A DNA stretch of 64,000 nucleotides from Atractiella rhizophila. Lineage: Eukaryota. Every line of letters starts with the position of its first letter. Position 1 is the stretch's first letter. Positions 1 through 13,705 of this stretch are shown here, one piece after another. Under the pieces are notes generated by a model that was given only the letters and a program-made list of their open reading frames with translations, searched no databases and was not told where the DNA came from. The position numbers and the translations under genes are program-made. The stretch covers positions 1 through 64,000 of the forward strand of contig MU271415.1 in NCBI GenBank assembly GCA_021432655.1, read 5' to 3'.

Positions 1-3000
1 ACAGTGGTCCCAGTCAGCAGTTGGCAACCTTGCAACACATGCAGACACTCTTCATCGGTATGCTGGCCATTCTCCTGTTAGACTTTTCTCAATTACGACT
101 AAACACGCACCATCGACAGAGGATCAAGGTTGTTTCGGACGCTTGAGGAAAAGAGAATTGCTAGAGGAGTGATGAGATTGGCCAAGAGGAGGGAAACGCA
201 AACGATCTTGGGGAACAAATGTCTAAAACAAATTAGGCGCACTCACGGGCACGCAACGGGGAAACGTACAATCTCTTTCCTGAGGGTTGCTAAGTCCACG
301 CTCATCATATCGACCCCGTTGAGACTAAGTGATTGAGAGAGTGGCATCGAACCAAGTTATGGTTCATACCTGATTGATCCCTCGTGAGGCAATACAGCGC
401 CTAGGATACTGCTGATCAGTGTGGACTTGCCAGCACCTGAAAATTGTTGATTAAGCGCGGAGGGAGTTGTAGAGATCTCATACCCGTGCGACCCACTATG
501 GCAACTTTCTCCCCTGCATGAATCACAAACGACATGTTCTTGATAGCGTCTGGTAGGTTACTCTGATGCTTGATGTATACCCCTTCCTGTGGATCCGATT
601 TCATTTGGTCAATTCCTGAGTGATAAAGTACCTACAAACGTGATGGACACAACTCCACGGAGACGTGAAGGACGATATCCCAATCGCTCTTGCGGAACAT
701 TTAGGAGCCCCCGTACACGTTCTACGGCTTAACATTGGGTTAGTGCAAGGAATTCTGTAAAATAAGTGAATTACAATCGAAGTCTCGCTTTAGCTCCTCA
801 ACATATCTGGAAAGTCGTCAGAAAACGCTAGCACGATGGGCAAAGCCCACTTTATGGTCCAATACGTGTTTGGAGCCAGTTGATTGTTGGCTGTTAGGAT
901 TACCGCCATAGCTCCCGGAGCTAAGGACAAAGAGATAATGTTTAATGTCGTGAAGAAAAGCGGGCCGAGCAAATCGCAACGAAACATGAACCAACGATTG
1001 ATGTAGCGAGTTGCTGTCCATGTACTAATGAGTTATAACGCCCGATAGCAATATGCGATAGATACCATAATGAAATCTGCTGAAATCGTCAATGCGGTCA
1101 AGCAGCATTTTGAAGTGGTAAGACTCCGCCGAAAAGGCTCGGATAACCTCGAGCCCTAATTGGCTCTCGGAAAAGTGAGTTATGATAGGTCCTTTGAGGT
1201 TCTTTTCTGTTTTACTGACTGCTGTGTAAGCTGAGGTATACTGCTGATAAAGGGTCCTAATCGGTGCAAGGTGAGGGAAGCGCGGCTTCATAGGGGCACC
1301 ACCTAGTGTCATCATCTGCGAGAAAGAATAACCTAAAGAGCCAAATATCTTGGGAAGATGCTCACTATCGACGAATAGATAGACGATATTACTGGTCCAT
1401 GTCGTAGTTTGCGCGGAAGAGATTCTTCAATAACCTCAAAGTCGTTCATGAAGCAATTGGTAATATTTCCTGCTCATACACTTAGTTTGACAACCCAGGC
1501 AAAATATATGAAACGCCTTACCGAAGGACGTGTTGTCATAATAGTGGAATGCTCCACCAGTGAATCGTTCTAGGCAATTCTGGAAGAGGTGACTTGAAGT
1601 CTTCAGGACGTTCTGTTCTATCAGAAAGGTGGAAAGCAACCGCATTGAGAATGTGGTCACAAGATAGAGAATGTATTGTTTGAGGTACATATTCGATAGC
1701 GTTGGAGGAGTGAACTGAAAGTACTTTGAACTTTCCCCCCAGGTTCTTCAAAAGAATCGTCGTCCTAAAACCTGCATCTCATGCGTAAGGAGAACCGTAG
1801 GCTTAGTGACGGTACCCACTAAGGAGCTGTTCCAGTATAATCAACAACAGGAGCACAAGCCACGCAGACTTTCCCAAGACCGAGAAAAATGTCCAGACAC
1901 CACTTTCAGAGCCCGTCGCTTTCGAACCATTTGAGGAGGCTTTTGCCTTAACATCGCTTCCTTGAGAAGGGTAAACCGGCAATACCACAGATGAAGGCGA
2001 CAGAGCAGGCTGAGACGGTGAGGTTGGTGACAGCATTTCGACTTCAACGATAGAGCCACTTTCGAGGCGAATGGTTTTCTGCGCAAATTGCCGGCATAGC
2101 TCAACCGATTGAGAGACCAACAGAACAGTCCTGTCTCTCCAAATATCTGAGTTGATGGAGGCTGCAATATGCGCTGCAGTTCTGGTGTCCAAAGCTTCGA
2201 ATGGTGAGTCAAGAAGGAGGGTGCTGGCGGAAGAATATAAAGCTCTCGCAAGGCAAATCTGCAGCTTGTTATATAAATGTCTGCGTCCAGAGTCAAAATC
2301 AAACATACCCTAGCCTTTTGTCCCCCGCTGAGATTCCTCGCTCCTTCAGAGACCCTTGTCAAATCGCCTTCTGGAAATCCTTCAAGGTCTGGGCCAAGGG
2401 CGCAAACATCGATCGTCATGCGATACCGATGCTCATCATAGACAGTTCCGAAGAGGATGTTGTCCCGAACTGTCCCTTCACAGAGCCAGGGTAATTGAGA
2501 GCAATATGCGACCGACGATGAGAGATACACTTCTCCTTCGACCCTGTAAAGTTCTTATAGTAGAAATACGTTAGACACAGATTCTAATCCCTCAAAATGA
2601 AAGTGAACGAACCTGAGAGCAGAGCTCTTAGAAGACTCGTTTTCCCTGAACCGCTGCTTCCAATAATCAATGTGATTTTTCCAATCGGAAAATCGACATG
2701 AAGCTTCTTCAATGCAAGCTTAGGCTGTATCCCATGCTTTGTAGGCCCACTGAAAGTAAATGAAGCAGCCGCGAAACCGACACGGCGATTCTGCGCTCTT
2801 TCGCTGGGAGAGACGTCTTCCAGTCGCAAGTATTCCTCTAACCTCATCAGAGATGCTTCACCTATTGCAATCTATTACAATTGATCCTTCAGACTGGAAG
2901 ACGACTCACAAGGGATGAGGTCTCGGAATGCTTCAGCAATGGTAATCAGCGGATAGCTGAACATCTGAAAGACAGAAAGGGAAGTGAAGACGATAGAAAC

Positions 3001-4863
3001 ACTAATGCGGTGCGCGGTGGCATGATTCTTCAGTTGCTACTGAAATGACCAAGGTATCTACCGACCTGAGTGTTTTGCCTTCTATGGTCGTGTAAGCAAG
3101 GAAACTGAGACATGCCATGATTGGCACCGACAGCTCCCTGACCGGGCCATTAGTTCATGTAATCTTGAGGGGAGACAACCATACCAGATCAAAGCAACCC
3201 CAGCTGCAGCGCAATGTGCTTTCAGCAGATGCCCAAGCTCAAGTTCGCGGATCTGACTTCAATATCATTTTATGCGCCAACAAAGGCGAAGCACAAACCT
3301 TTTTCAATTCCTTCAACCAGAACTCCTGGTACCCAGAAAGCTTGAGCTGTCGAATAAACCGGATAAGCTCATCTAACTTCGGGACACGGCTGTCCGCATA
3401 CCGGTCAACATGCCTCGTACAACATAAGGAACGAACCCTTACCTATCTCGATAAAAATTTCTAGATCGGTTCTCCTGCTCAGGACACAGTCAGCCAGGCT
3501 TTCTTGCAGGCAGCATCAAGCGTGAAACTAAACCTGTGCATGCACTCGAGATAGCTTTCTAGCTCCCACGAAAGTGAAGGGTAGCAACAACAATCCGACG
3601 AAGGCGGAGCTGCCCAGCTGTCTGATACCCTATATCAACTTACAATACAAAAAAAATAGATATGGAACGAACCGGTAGAGTAGCACAACGCCAATACCAA
3701 TTTCAAAGGGCGTGACGAGAAGATACGGAATGAGACACCAGATGTCTGCCAGCTTATCGACGTCCGTGAGGAGATGCACCGCTTCAGTTCCTTGCGGAGT
3801 GCGTAGGAGCTTGGAATATATCGTAGCCGTGAGGTTACCTCGTGTACGACCCATGATTTGACGGACGAGGAGGAGCTCGACCCATTTGAGGACAGCACGA
3901 AGGGATAGGGCGAAGAAAGGTGCGATTACGTTCCTGAGAGATGGGGACGACAAAATGCGAGAGAGGTAGTGGGAAGGCGCATATGCTATTCAGTAGTCAG
4001 TCAGAGAGGACAGCGTAAAAGGGAAGACCGACCCAGTGCCGTTGTAATGAAGACTAATACAGTTGATAAGGCCATTTCGCCCTGATTGCTTCGGAAGTAT
4101 TGTCGAACGATAGAGGATGAGCTAAAAAGAAATTCAAACATCACCCAACGTCAATGCCGAGCAGTGCTTACCTATACTTCCGCCATGTTTCCCAATTTGT
4201 TCCTGCTTTTAAATCCAAGCTCAAATCAAAGACTTTAGACTTAAAGTCTTTTGAAGAAGGGTCCGATCTAACCAATGGAGTGACCCATGAGATAGTCAGG
4301 TACTCAAAAAGTGTGATGTGATCATGATTCAATAAAGAACCATGAGAAGGTTTTAACGCGAACCGTTTGAGAGGAAGTTGCAATGTCGCAAATAGCAAGG
4401 AAATGGTTATGAACTTGTCTATGTAAGCAAAGGAGAATGCATGCACTTCTAATTGTTTTGAACATAGGTCCAGTGTGAAAAATGCCAACAAGGAGAAGCG
4501 AAGGCATTTGACCGTCTTGTATCGCAAATGGAGAAGCAGGATCGCCCATAAAAATGCATCAAAAATAATTTCAGGACGAGTTTCAGAACCAAATTTGCAA
4601 GTGACAATCAACATTGATACTTGGGCCGCCGAACCGAGCAACAGAATCAGGTACAGGAGCTTGTTAGGCTTCCTCGCAACTATGTCACCTTGTTTTTCAA
4701 ACCGAAGCAGGTCTTGTAGCTGCAATCTGTTGGCGTCAGACTTTGAAGTGTACTGCAGCAGCAGTAGAGTCTTGAACAGAAGAAGCGCGAGCGTCTAGTG
4801 CAGAGTAAATTGTCATCTGTCATCTGGTGTAGAACACGCGCTCACTGTTGGAGTAAACGCCAT
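1..4863 (-). CDS. ABCC/MRP-family ABC transporter, multi-exon, 3' end runs off the window start
   Basis: Walker A IIGSSGSGKTSLLRALL (2584-2847), VAYCSQLPWLCEGTVRDNILFG and signature NLSGGQKAR (1841-2530), second NBD IHAGEKVAIVGRTG (416-604) and SSVRNNLDP near 120-150, plus hydrophobic TMD exons. Start ATG at 4863 is inferred. Confidence 0.9.
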
Positions 4864-5208
4864 TGAGATCAGAGACTCGTCAGCGTCCTTTTGAGGATAG
4901 CTACAAGAATCTTGAGCTCGCGGATGCTGAGATTTAGGCAAATGAGATAGCCATCGACCTTTGAGGAGAGCCACTAGCCTCCGATGACTTGCATCCACAA
5001 TGTTTTTGACCGGCTATCCGGGACGTTTGCCCAGCATGTAAACCTTGTGGAACCTCTCTCACATTTGTTGTCACGTGTTTCGTTTCTGTGTTCCCTTTCC
5101 AGCGCTCCTATTATCGGCTCTTTCCTGGCTATTTCCACTTTCAAAAGAGAATGACATGGGTAGCAGTGTTGATCAACTGCTTTTACACTCGCAGTAACGC
5201 AGATAGAA

Positions 5209-8200
5209 ATGACTACAATCGATGAGAAGCTGAAGCTACTAACGACAGAGGAGGTAAGTTCAAATATGAGAACTATTGTGCTTGATTTGATTGTGGATCC
5301 AAGGCTACCTCGCTACTCTCAGGTGCCGTAAGTGCCCAGAAACATCTTGTACAGCCTCTCAAGAAAAACAGGACTTTTGGCACACTTCTGCAATTACGCG
5401 ATTAGGCATCGAGGCTCTACGTCTCAGCGATGGGCCAAACGGCTGCAGAGGGACACAATTCTTTAATGGCAAGTCTTATAGACCCTAGTATTATTGTAAA
5501 GCGAATGAGTTATTTGACATTTCATTGTAGGTATTCCTGCTGGTTGCACGCCTTGTTCGTCTTGCCCCCTCGATCCTAGTGTGTGTAGACGAAAACAGAA
5601 CAGGCGCAAGCGCTATGGCTGCTACCTTCAACGAAACGCTTCTCAAAACGGTAGGGATTTGTTTGGCGGATGAATGTATCGCAAAAGGCGGGCTCCTTGC
5701 TCGATAATGGCCGCTAGGCTGATGGGCTTCCGCGCAGGTGTTCACATTCTTCTTGGACCAACGATTAACATAGCCAGGAGTCCATTGGGAGGCAGAGGGT
5801 TTGAGAGTAAATCTTTTCGTTCTGCTGACCTTTTTGTGATCCTGGTTCCTAGGCTACTCTGAAGGTGCGTGACAACAGAACCAAGAAGATTTCCATTTAT
5901 TTTTCCTCCTAAGATCCATATCTCTCTGGGAAAATGGCAGCAGCATTTGTGCAGGGCCTACAATCGAAAAACATCGGTGAGCATCCGGGCTCATCCAATG
6001 TGGCAAAGTTAACAGATTGCCTAGGAGCTACTATCAAACATTTCGTATGCAACGACCAAGAATTCCAACGGCATTCGATTTCAGCCATGGTAGATCCTCG
6101 AACGTTGCGAGAGATATATCTCAAACCTTTCCAAATTGCATTAGGTGTGCACATATGCCTATCAGCTGTTTATTGCGCAGAGTTGATGAGCTTGCTGCAG
6201 CTGAATCAGATCCTTGGGCTCTCATGACGTCCTACAATAAAGTCAACGATCTGCATGTTTCTCATAACTCGTTCCTCCTAAGGGAAGTTTTGAGAGACGA
6301 ATGGGGTTGGAACGGATTGGTTATGTCGGACTGGTCTGTTCTTTTGAAATATGTGAGATTCTCATGTGGAGGATGTAACGCCAGGTTCGGAACCTACAGT
6401 ACCGTCGAAGCGGTCAAAGCTGGCCTAGATTTGGAAATGCCTGGTATTCTCACCCACCAACAACCTTGGTGCAACTGATCGCTTGTTGTCAGGTCCAGCA
6501 GTTATGCGCGGTGCCGTTCTCCAGAGAACGCACTGGGGAGGTATAATACACGACGATGATATTCAAAACTGCTCCCGCAGGGTACTTCAGCTAGTGGAGC
6601 GAACCAAAAGCAGTGGAGTTCCCAGCAATGCTGTTGAAAAAGGTGTTTCATTGTTCAGCCTGACAAATCTGAGCTATATTTATTCTGTGATTGATATAGG
6701 GAATGATACACCTGAGTCGAGGCGCGTCCTCCGCCAGACAGCAAGCGAATCGATTGTTCTTCTGAAGAATGAGGCGAACATACTACCTCTCGATGCTTCC
6801 CTTCCTACTATTGCTATCATAGGTCCTAACGGTGCTGCAACCCCCATATCAGGAGGTGGTTCTGCTGCTCTGCGTCCTTACTATCGGATAAGTGCTCTGG
6901 ACGGGATCAAGGCACAGGTGTCGAAAGACACAAAAGTCGTGTATACCGAAGGGTTCAAGTCTCACGTCCTCCTTCCGAGTGCAGTCTTGGAGTCAATGGT
7001 TCATGGCACTGTTAAAGTTGATTTCTTTGATAAGCCACCGAGTAGCGAGGGTACTTACGAGGGCAATCATCTTTGCACTATCCAAGCCGATACCACGACC
7101 ATGTTTTTCGCGGATGGGATTCCCGAAAGTGTCGTGCCTAAATATCCAGTCTATGCAAGGGTCACTGCAACAATCACTCCTCACGACACAGGTGTTTATG
7201 AACTAGGGTAACATCCTCCACCTGTCCATAAAATAAACAGTAAACTTGGCTTGCAGGCTTGCTTCTTGCGGTCAAGCCAACCTGTACATTGATGGAAAGT
7301 TGTTGGTCGAGAATTCGACGAACCAAATCCGCTCAACTATATTCTTCAACACGGCCACTGAGTGCGTTATCTTCATTATCGAATGCTCTAGCTAATTAGC
7401 TTTCATAGGGAAAGAATTGGAGAAATCAAACTTGCCAAAGGGACGGAGTACGAATTGACTGTGCGATACACGAATGAAGAGCTCATTCCGCCTAATGTAC
7501 GTGACCACACTTTACCCTATGATGTCTCTGAAACGTAAGATAGGAACATGGAAGCGGTCGTGCTGTGAACTGGGGAGGAATTCGAATCGGGGCAGCACGC
7601 AAATTTGACGCAGAAGAAGCAATCAGAGAGGCAGCCGATTTGGCTGCTTCCGCTTCAGCTGCCATTGTATTCGTGGGGCTGACACCTGAACTTGAATCTG
7701 AGGGATTTGATAGGTGAGCAGAACCCCAAGTTCAGATAGAGAGCGAAGAATTAAATCATTTTCGCAGACCGGACATGTCGCTGCCAGGAAACACAGATGC
7801 TCTGGTTGCTGCTGTACTCAAAGCAAATCCAAACACCATAATTGTCTCGCATGCTGGAACGCCGGTGGATGTTTCTCCGTGGATTGATGAATGTAAGACG
7901 TTCGTGCACGCATGGTATCTCGGGACAGAAGGCGGAAACGCTCTTGCCGATGTTTTATTCGGAAGTACGTCTGCTAGTCCCTCTCCATTCCTCTTTCCAA
8001 TGCATTGAACTCTCTAGAAACAACACCATCAGGCAAACTCAGCCTGTCCTGGCCACGGAAGTTATCCGACAACCCATCCTACCTGCACTTTCCTGGAGAA
8101 AACGGTCGCGTCCATTACTCTGAAGGGCTCTTTGTCGGATATAAGCACTACGAGAAGCGATCCATTGCTCCTCTCTTTCCGTTCGGGTACGGTCTCAGCT

Positions 8201-8604
8201 ACACCAACTTCGAGTACAGTTCATTGCTTTTCTCGTCCTCCAAGCTCAGCAGCCAAGGTGGGAGGAAGACCCTCGAGGTCAGTGTTGTGATCAAGAACAC
8301 TGGAGCAAAAGACGGAGCGGAATCTTGCCAGCTTTACATCGCGCCTAGAAAATCTTCTCTTCAGCGTCCCATCAAGGAACTCAAAGGCTTCGCGAAAACG
8401 TCGATCCTGCCGCCTGGAGAATCGGCTACCGTCAAAATGACTGTTGATTTCGGATCTTTGTCGTATTGGGATGACAGGAGAGAATGCTGGGTTGCAGAAA
8501 AGGGAGAATATGACGTCTATATTGGAGCCAGTGTTGAGGACATTCGGTTGAAGGGCACGATTGAAAACGAGGATGAGTTTACGTGGAGAGGATTGCAGCC
8601 TTGA
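5209..8604 (+). CDS. GH3 beta-glucosidase (intracellular type with PA14-like insert and FnIII C-terminus)
   Basis: [33 protein letters not shown], nucleophile motif [55 protein letters not shown]. No evident signal peptide ([11 protein letters not shown]). Confidence 0.95.
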
Positions 8605-10410
8605 GTGAATTGATGCGTTGGGAAAGTCGCTCCACAGGTCAAAGTAAAATAGTGGTGCAAACAGAATGTTGAAATTATGTTGCAATACTACATCTCATCC
8701 GTTACAAACAAACAAAACACTACCTAATACCACCTCCAAATCTCGTCAGGAAATACACCTCTCATAATTGGCCAGTGCTTATAGGCACCTTTCGACTGCA
8801 CTTTATCGAGCTTGCTGGCCAATTTATCGGTCGACATCATGGGTCTCTTCCAATCGATCATAGAATTCAAATCCATCTCGTTTTGCTTAAACGACGTCAA
8901 GACTCTCCTCCTAAACTGTGGAGAGACAGTGGTCAAGAAATCTTCGGGGGTTGGATCGCGGAATGTGAGGGTTGGGGCAGACCCATATTCGATCGGGGTA
9001 TTGATGCAGAACACGACCATGTTCTTGAACTCGTCCGTATCCTGTTTTTCATCGTGGGCTTGGAATCCGTCTTCGAATGCGCGACAGTTGCCTCGGAACG
9101 AGCGCAACAGGGTCTGCAGCACAATCTGAGAGGGTTCGGCTTTGATTTCGCCGGCGAAGTTCTGCGAAACATTTGCTTTGATGAGCCTCGTATCACAAGA
9201 AGACAATGGGAGGGTGAGAATGCAAGGCTTACCACTGCGATCACACCGTGAACGGCTAAGACTTCCTTGACAAGCTTAAAAAATTCCATGGTGAACAATT
9301 TTGCCGGGACCATCCCACCAGTGAACTGATCAAATCCACAACTCAGGACACATACTGTACCCTTTTGAAAAAAGGACGAACGACGTCATGAATGATATAA
9401 TCAAACTTCCGCTCCTTCCACCTCCTATACTTCGTCAATCCCTCCAAGTACTCCCTGGCATCCTGAATATAAACACCACCCTCCGGCTCTTCGACGCCAA
9501 AGTACTTTCTTGCCAGATTATAGACGACCGGATCGAGTTCCACGATCGTAGTGTTGACCCCAAGAGCTTGAAGTGAGCGAGCCGAAATGCCAGTTCCGAG
9601 TCCACTACACGAGCCATCAGACAGATCCACCATCTAGCGAGAGCAGATAGAAGACAAACATGACGAGACCCCTCTCCCTCCCCTCTTTGCTCGACCGCTC
9701 CACCAATCGGACCGCTTCCTGGAGCAAGAAAGTGGTATAGATGCTTTCAGCGGTCAAGACCGCCTTCTCGTCGATCTCTTCCCTCGTTTCCTCATCTGCC
9801 GCAGCGTAGTATCCGAGCCTAGCCCTCTCAACTCCCACCCACAAACCGCCCAAAAGCGAGTGGTCCGCTCGTAGGTAACGAGCTTCCTTCCCCTCTCCAC
9901 TTGTACCAGGGACGGGCGATTCGCCCACCGATATCCATCCCGTCACCGACTTCTCGCGATGAAGGATCCTTAGATTTCTCGAATGGGCGCGGTAGGGGTA
10001 GTCGGCTGGATGGTGAGAATTGGAGTAGATGGGGTGAGTGAAGGTGAGCGCGAGGATGGCCCAGGGTAGAACAAGCAAGTGACGGTTGGCTCGCTTCAAT
10101 TTAGGGCTGGAGGCTGGTTGTTGGGAGGAGGAGAGGAAGCGGTGAGCGAGAGGAACGATGAGGTAAGGGATAATGGCGGCAGCTCTCCACTGGGACAACC
10201 GTTTCTAAGGCATATGTCTGGAAGAAATTAACGGAAAACGTACGATATGTACTTGATTGATCTGCACCTTACCGGGGAAGTAGCTGAACACTCGATCCTG
10301 ATATCCGACGACGACGGTTGTCATGAAGAAAGGCTCAAATGCGGCATAAAAGTACATCTGGAGTTTCTTGAACTCTGGATTCTGATACTACTCTTCCGCA
10401 TTAACGTAAT
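8046..10410. repeat. Tandem duplication 1, copy A (2365 bp)
   Basis: Sequence from gtcctggccacggaag (8046) to gcattaacgtaat (10410) recurs at offset +2366. The ORF track shows paired near-identical ORFs. Confidence 0.97.
8724..10387 (-). pseudogene. 5'-truncated duplicate (exon 2 to stop) of the spermidine-synthase-like methyltransferase; ORF and splice sites intact
   Basis: Same exons as 11090-12753 but no exon 1, ATG or promoter. The intron-1 branch point and acceptor are retained at the junction. Confidence 0.75.
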
Positions 10411-10411
10411 A

Positions 10412-10970
10412 GTCCTGGCCACGGAAGTTATCCGACAACCCATCCTACCTGCACTTTCCTGGAGAAAACGGTCGCGTCCATTACTCTGAAGGGCTCTTTG
10501 TCGGATATAAGCACTACGAGAAGCGATCCATTGCTCCTCTCTTTCCGTTCGGGTACGGTCTCAGCTACACCAACTTCGAGTACAGTTCATTGCTTTTCTC
10601 GTCCTCCAAGCTCAGCAGCCAAGGTGGGAGGAAGAGCCTCGATGTCAGTGTTGTGATCAAGAACACTGGAGCAAAAGAGGGAGCGGAATCTTGCCAGCTT
10701 TACATCGCGCCTAGAAAGTCTTCTCTTCAGCGTCCCATCAAGGAACTCAAAGGCTTCGCGAAAACGTCGATCCTGCCGCCTGGAGAATCGGCTACCGTCA
10801 AAATGACTGTTGATTTCGGATCTTTGTCGTATTGGGATGACAGGAGAAAATGCTGGGTTGCAGAAAAGGGAGAATATGACGTCTGTATTGGAGCCAGTGT
10901 TGAGGACATTCGGTTGAAGGGCACGATTGAAAACGAGGATGAGTTTACGTGGAGAGGATTGCAGCCTTGA
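10412..10970 (+). pseudogene. Duplicated 3' fragment of the GH3 beta-glucosidase (last exon, FnIII region)
   Basis: [12 protein letters not shown]...EFTWRGLQP repeated with T>S, E>D, D>E, E>K and Y>C changes; no start codon or catalytic domain. Confidence 0.85.
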
Positions 10971-12776
10971 GTGAATTGATGCGTTGGGAAAGTCGCTCCA
11001 CAGGTCAAAGTAAAATAGTGGTGCAAACAGAATGTTGAAATTATGTTGCAATACTACATCTCATCCGTTACAAACAAGCAAAACACTACCTAATACCACC
11101 GCCAAATCTCGTCAGGAAATACACCTCTCATAACTGGCCAGTGCTTATAGGCACCTTTCGACTGCACTTTATCGAGCTTGCTGGCCAATTTATCGGTCGA
11201 CATCATGGGTTTCTTCCAATCGATCATAGAATTCAAATCCATCTCGTTTTGCTTAAACGACGTCAAGACTCTCCTCCTAAACTGTGGAGAGACAGTGGTC
11301 AAGAAATCTTCGGGGGTTGGATCGCGGAATGTGAGGGTTGGGGCAGACCCATATTCGATCGGGGTATTGATGCAGAACACGACCATGTTCTTGAACTCGT
11401 CCGTATCCTGTTTTTCATCGTGGGCTTGGAATCCGTCTTCGAATGCGCGACAGTTGCCTCGGAACGAGCGCAACAGGGTCTGCAGCACAATCTGAGAGGG
11501 TTCGGCTTTGATTTCGCCGGCGAAGTTCTGCGAAACATTTGCTTTGATGAGCCTCGTATCACAAGAAGACAATGGGAGGGTGAGAATGCAAGGCTTACCA
11601 CTGCGATCACACCGTGAACGGCTAAGACTTCCTTGACAAGCTTGAAAAATTCCATGGTGAACAATTTTGCCGGGACCATCCCACCAGTGAACTGATCAAA
11701 TCCACAACTCAGGACACATACTGTACCCTTTTGAAAAAAGGACGAACGACGTCATGAATGATATAATCAAACTTCCGCTCCTTCCACCTCCTATACTTCG
11801 TCAATCCCTCCAAGTACTCCCTGGCATCCTGAATATAAACACCACCCTCCGGCTCTTCGACGCCAAAGTACTTTCTTGCCAGATTATAGACGACTGGGTC
11901 GAGTTCCACGATCGTAGTGTTGACCCCAAGAGCTTGAAGTGAGCGAGCCGAAATGCCAGTTCCGAGTCCACTACACGAGCCATCAGACGGATCCACCATC
12001 TAGCGAGAACAGATAGAAGACAAACATGACGAGACCTCTCTCCCTCCCCTCTTTGCTCGACCGCTCCACCAATCGGACCGCTTCCTGGAGCAAGAAAGTG
12101 GTATAGATGCTTTCAGCGGTCAAGACCGCCTTCTCGTCGATCTCTTCCCGCGTTTCCTCATCCGCCGCAGCGTAGTATCCGAGCCTAGCCCTCTCAACCC
12201 CCACCCACAAACCGCCCAAAAGCGAATGGTCTGCTCGTAGGTAACGAGCTTCCTTCCCCTCTCCACTTGTGCCAGGGACGGGCGATTCCCCAACGGATAT
12301 CCATCCCGTCACCGACTTCTCGCGATGAAGGATCCTCAAATTTCTCGAATGGGCCCGATAGGGGTAGTCGGCTGGATGGTGAGAGTTAGAGTAGATGGGG
12401 TGAGTGAAGGTGAGCGCGAGGATGGCCCAGGGTAGAACAAGCAGGTGACGGTTGGCTCGCTTCAGTTTAGGGCTGGAGGCCGGTTGTTGGGAGGAGGAGA
12501 GAAAGCGGTGAGCGAGAGGAACGATGAGGTAAGGGATAATGGCGGCAGCTCTCCACTGGGACAACCGTTTCTAAGGCATATATCTGGAAGAAATTAACGG
12601 AAAGCGTACGATATGTACTTGGTTGATCTGCACCATGCCGGGGAAGTAGCTGAACACTCGATCCTGATATCCGACGACGACGGTTGTCATGAAGAAAGGC
12701 TCAAATGCGGCATAAAAGTACATCTGGAGTTTCTTGAACTCTGGATTCTGATACTACTCTTCCGCATTAACGTAAT
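10412..12776. repeat. Tandem duplication 1, copy B
   Basis: Begins gtcctggccacggaag at 10412 after a single extra 'a' at 10411 and ends cgtaat at 12776. Confidence 0.97.
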
Positions 12777-13355
12777 TCCGCTAGAGAGGATAGAAAGGAG
12801 ACGCACGTAGTCGTAGTGAGCGTACAACTGGCTCACAATCCCGCCAGCAGCGATAAGCGGGCCTTCGATGATAAGTCTCTCCAGCGTAGGTCCAACATAC
12901 GGTCCCAAATACTGCGCAAAATTCGCCAATCCATTGAGGAAAAGAGGGGCCAGGATTGCCCAGACGGCCATGAAGGACCCAGCGGTCTTGACGACGAGCG
13001 AGCGATTTTCATTCCTCGTGATTGTGATTCGACCGTTTTGTTTGGGAGAACGCAGCCAGAGTCCGGCGAGATGGCAGAGGAAGAAAGACAAGAAGAGGGG
13101 GGGGAACGCGCTCTGGTGAGAGGGAATTCCGCCGTAGATTGGGGCGAGGGAAGACTGGAGCGCATTGTGGGTGAAAGCTAGGAAGTTAAGGTGTATGGCT
13201 GTGAGGATCATATAGCTTATGAATGTCGACTCCTTCTCCTGCAAATTTGATGTGGCTGCCGTAGGTGTTGATTCTGATGTCGATGCCTCGACGCCAGTCT
13301 TCTCCTGTGCTGCTGGTGGAGGAGACGGAGCAGCAGCATTTTTTCGTTTCACCAT
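11090..13355 (-). CDS. Membrane-anchored spermidine-synthase-like SAM-dependent methyltransferase
   Basis: Hydrophobic N-terminal exons, then RYLRADHSLLGGLW, GLGTGISA (motif I), IVELDPVVY, IQDAREYL, FDYIIHDV(F)TGG and LFTMEFF. Confidence 0.85.
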
Positions 13356-13705
13356 TTCTACTCAGATTTCGGACCTGAAAGCCTTCGTTCGAATTAGTGT
13401 CAAGAAATATCGAGCAGAGAAGCGCTTTGTGTGTTACTTACCTTAGAGACGCTTTCAAAGGTGGACAACTGCTCTGAGGGAATGTTGAAACGTGGTCGCC
13501 GAAGGAGCTCAAGTTTTCTCTACTCCCTTGACAAGCAACTTAGCACGTTTTATCCACCCATCTCAAGGGTAACAACGGCCGAAAGACTCACCAGAGGCAG
13601 AGCAACCGAGAAAATTTCAGCAAAGAATTTCTCTCCGTCGATTGTGGGTAGAAGGACACGACAGACATCGGAGCATCCCGCTCAGCGTATGTGATAGCCG
13701 TATTC

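Noticed and set aside
8775..9251. Long antisense/overlapping ORFs (here and opposite the tubulins, DBF4, WHIM and MHYT-type genes)
   Set aside because: Shadows of GC-rich coding sequence on the other strand, with no recognisable motifs.
10396..10420. Junction-created TTAAC...TAG acceptor in front of the GH3 fragment
   Set aside because: It would be phase 0, whereas the preceding GH3 donor (~7965) is phase 1, so splicing would be out of frame.
10247..10489. Chimeric ORF across the duplication junction
   Set aside because: It is antisense to one gene and off-frame to the other, a by-product of the junction.
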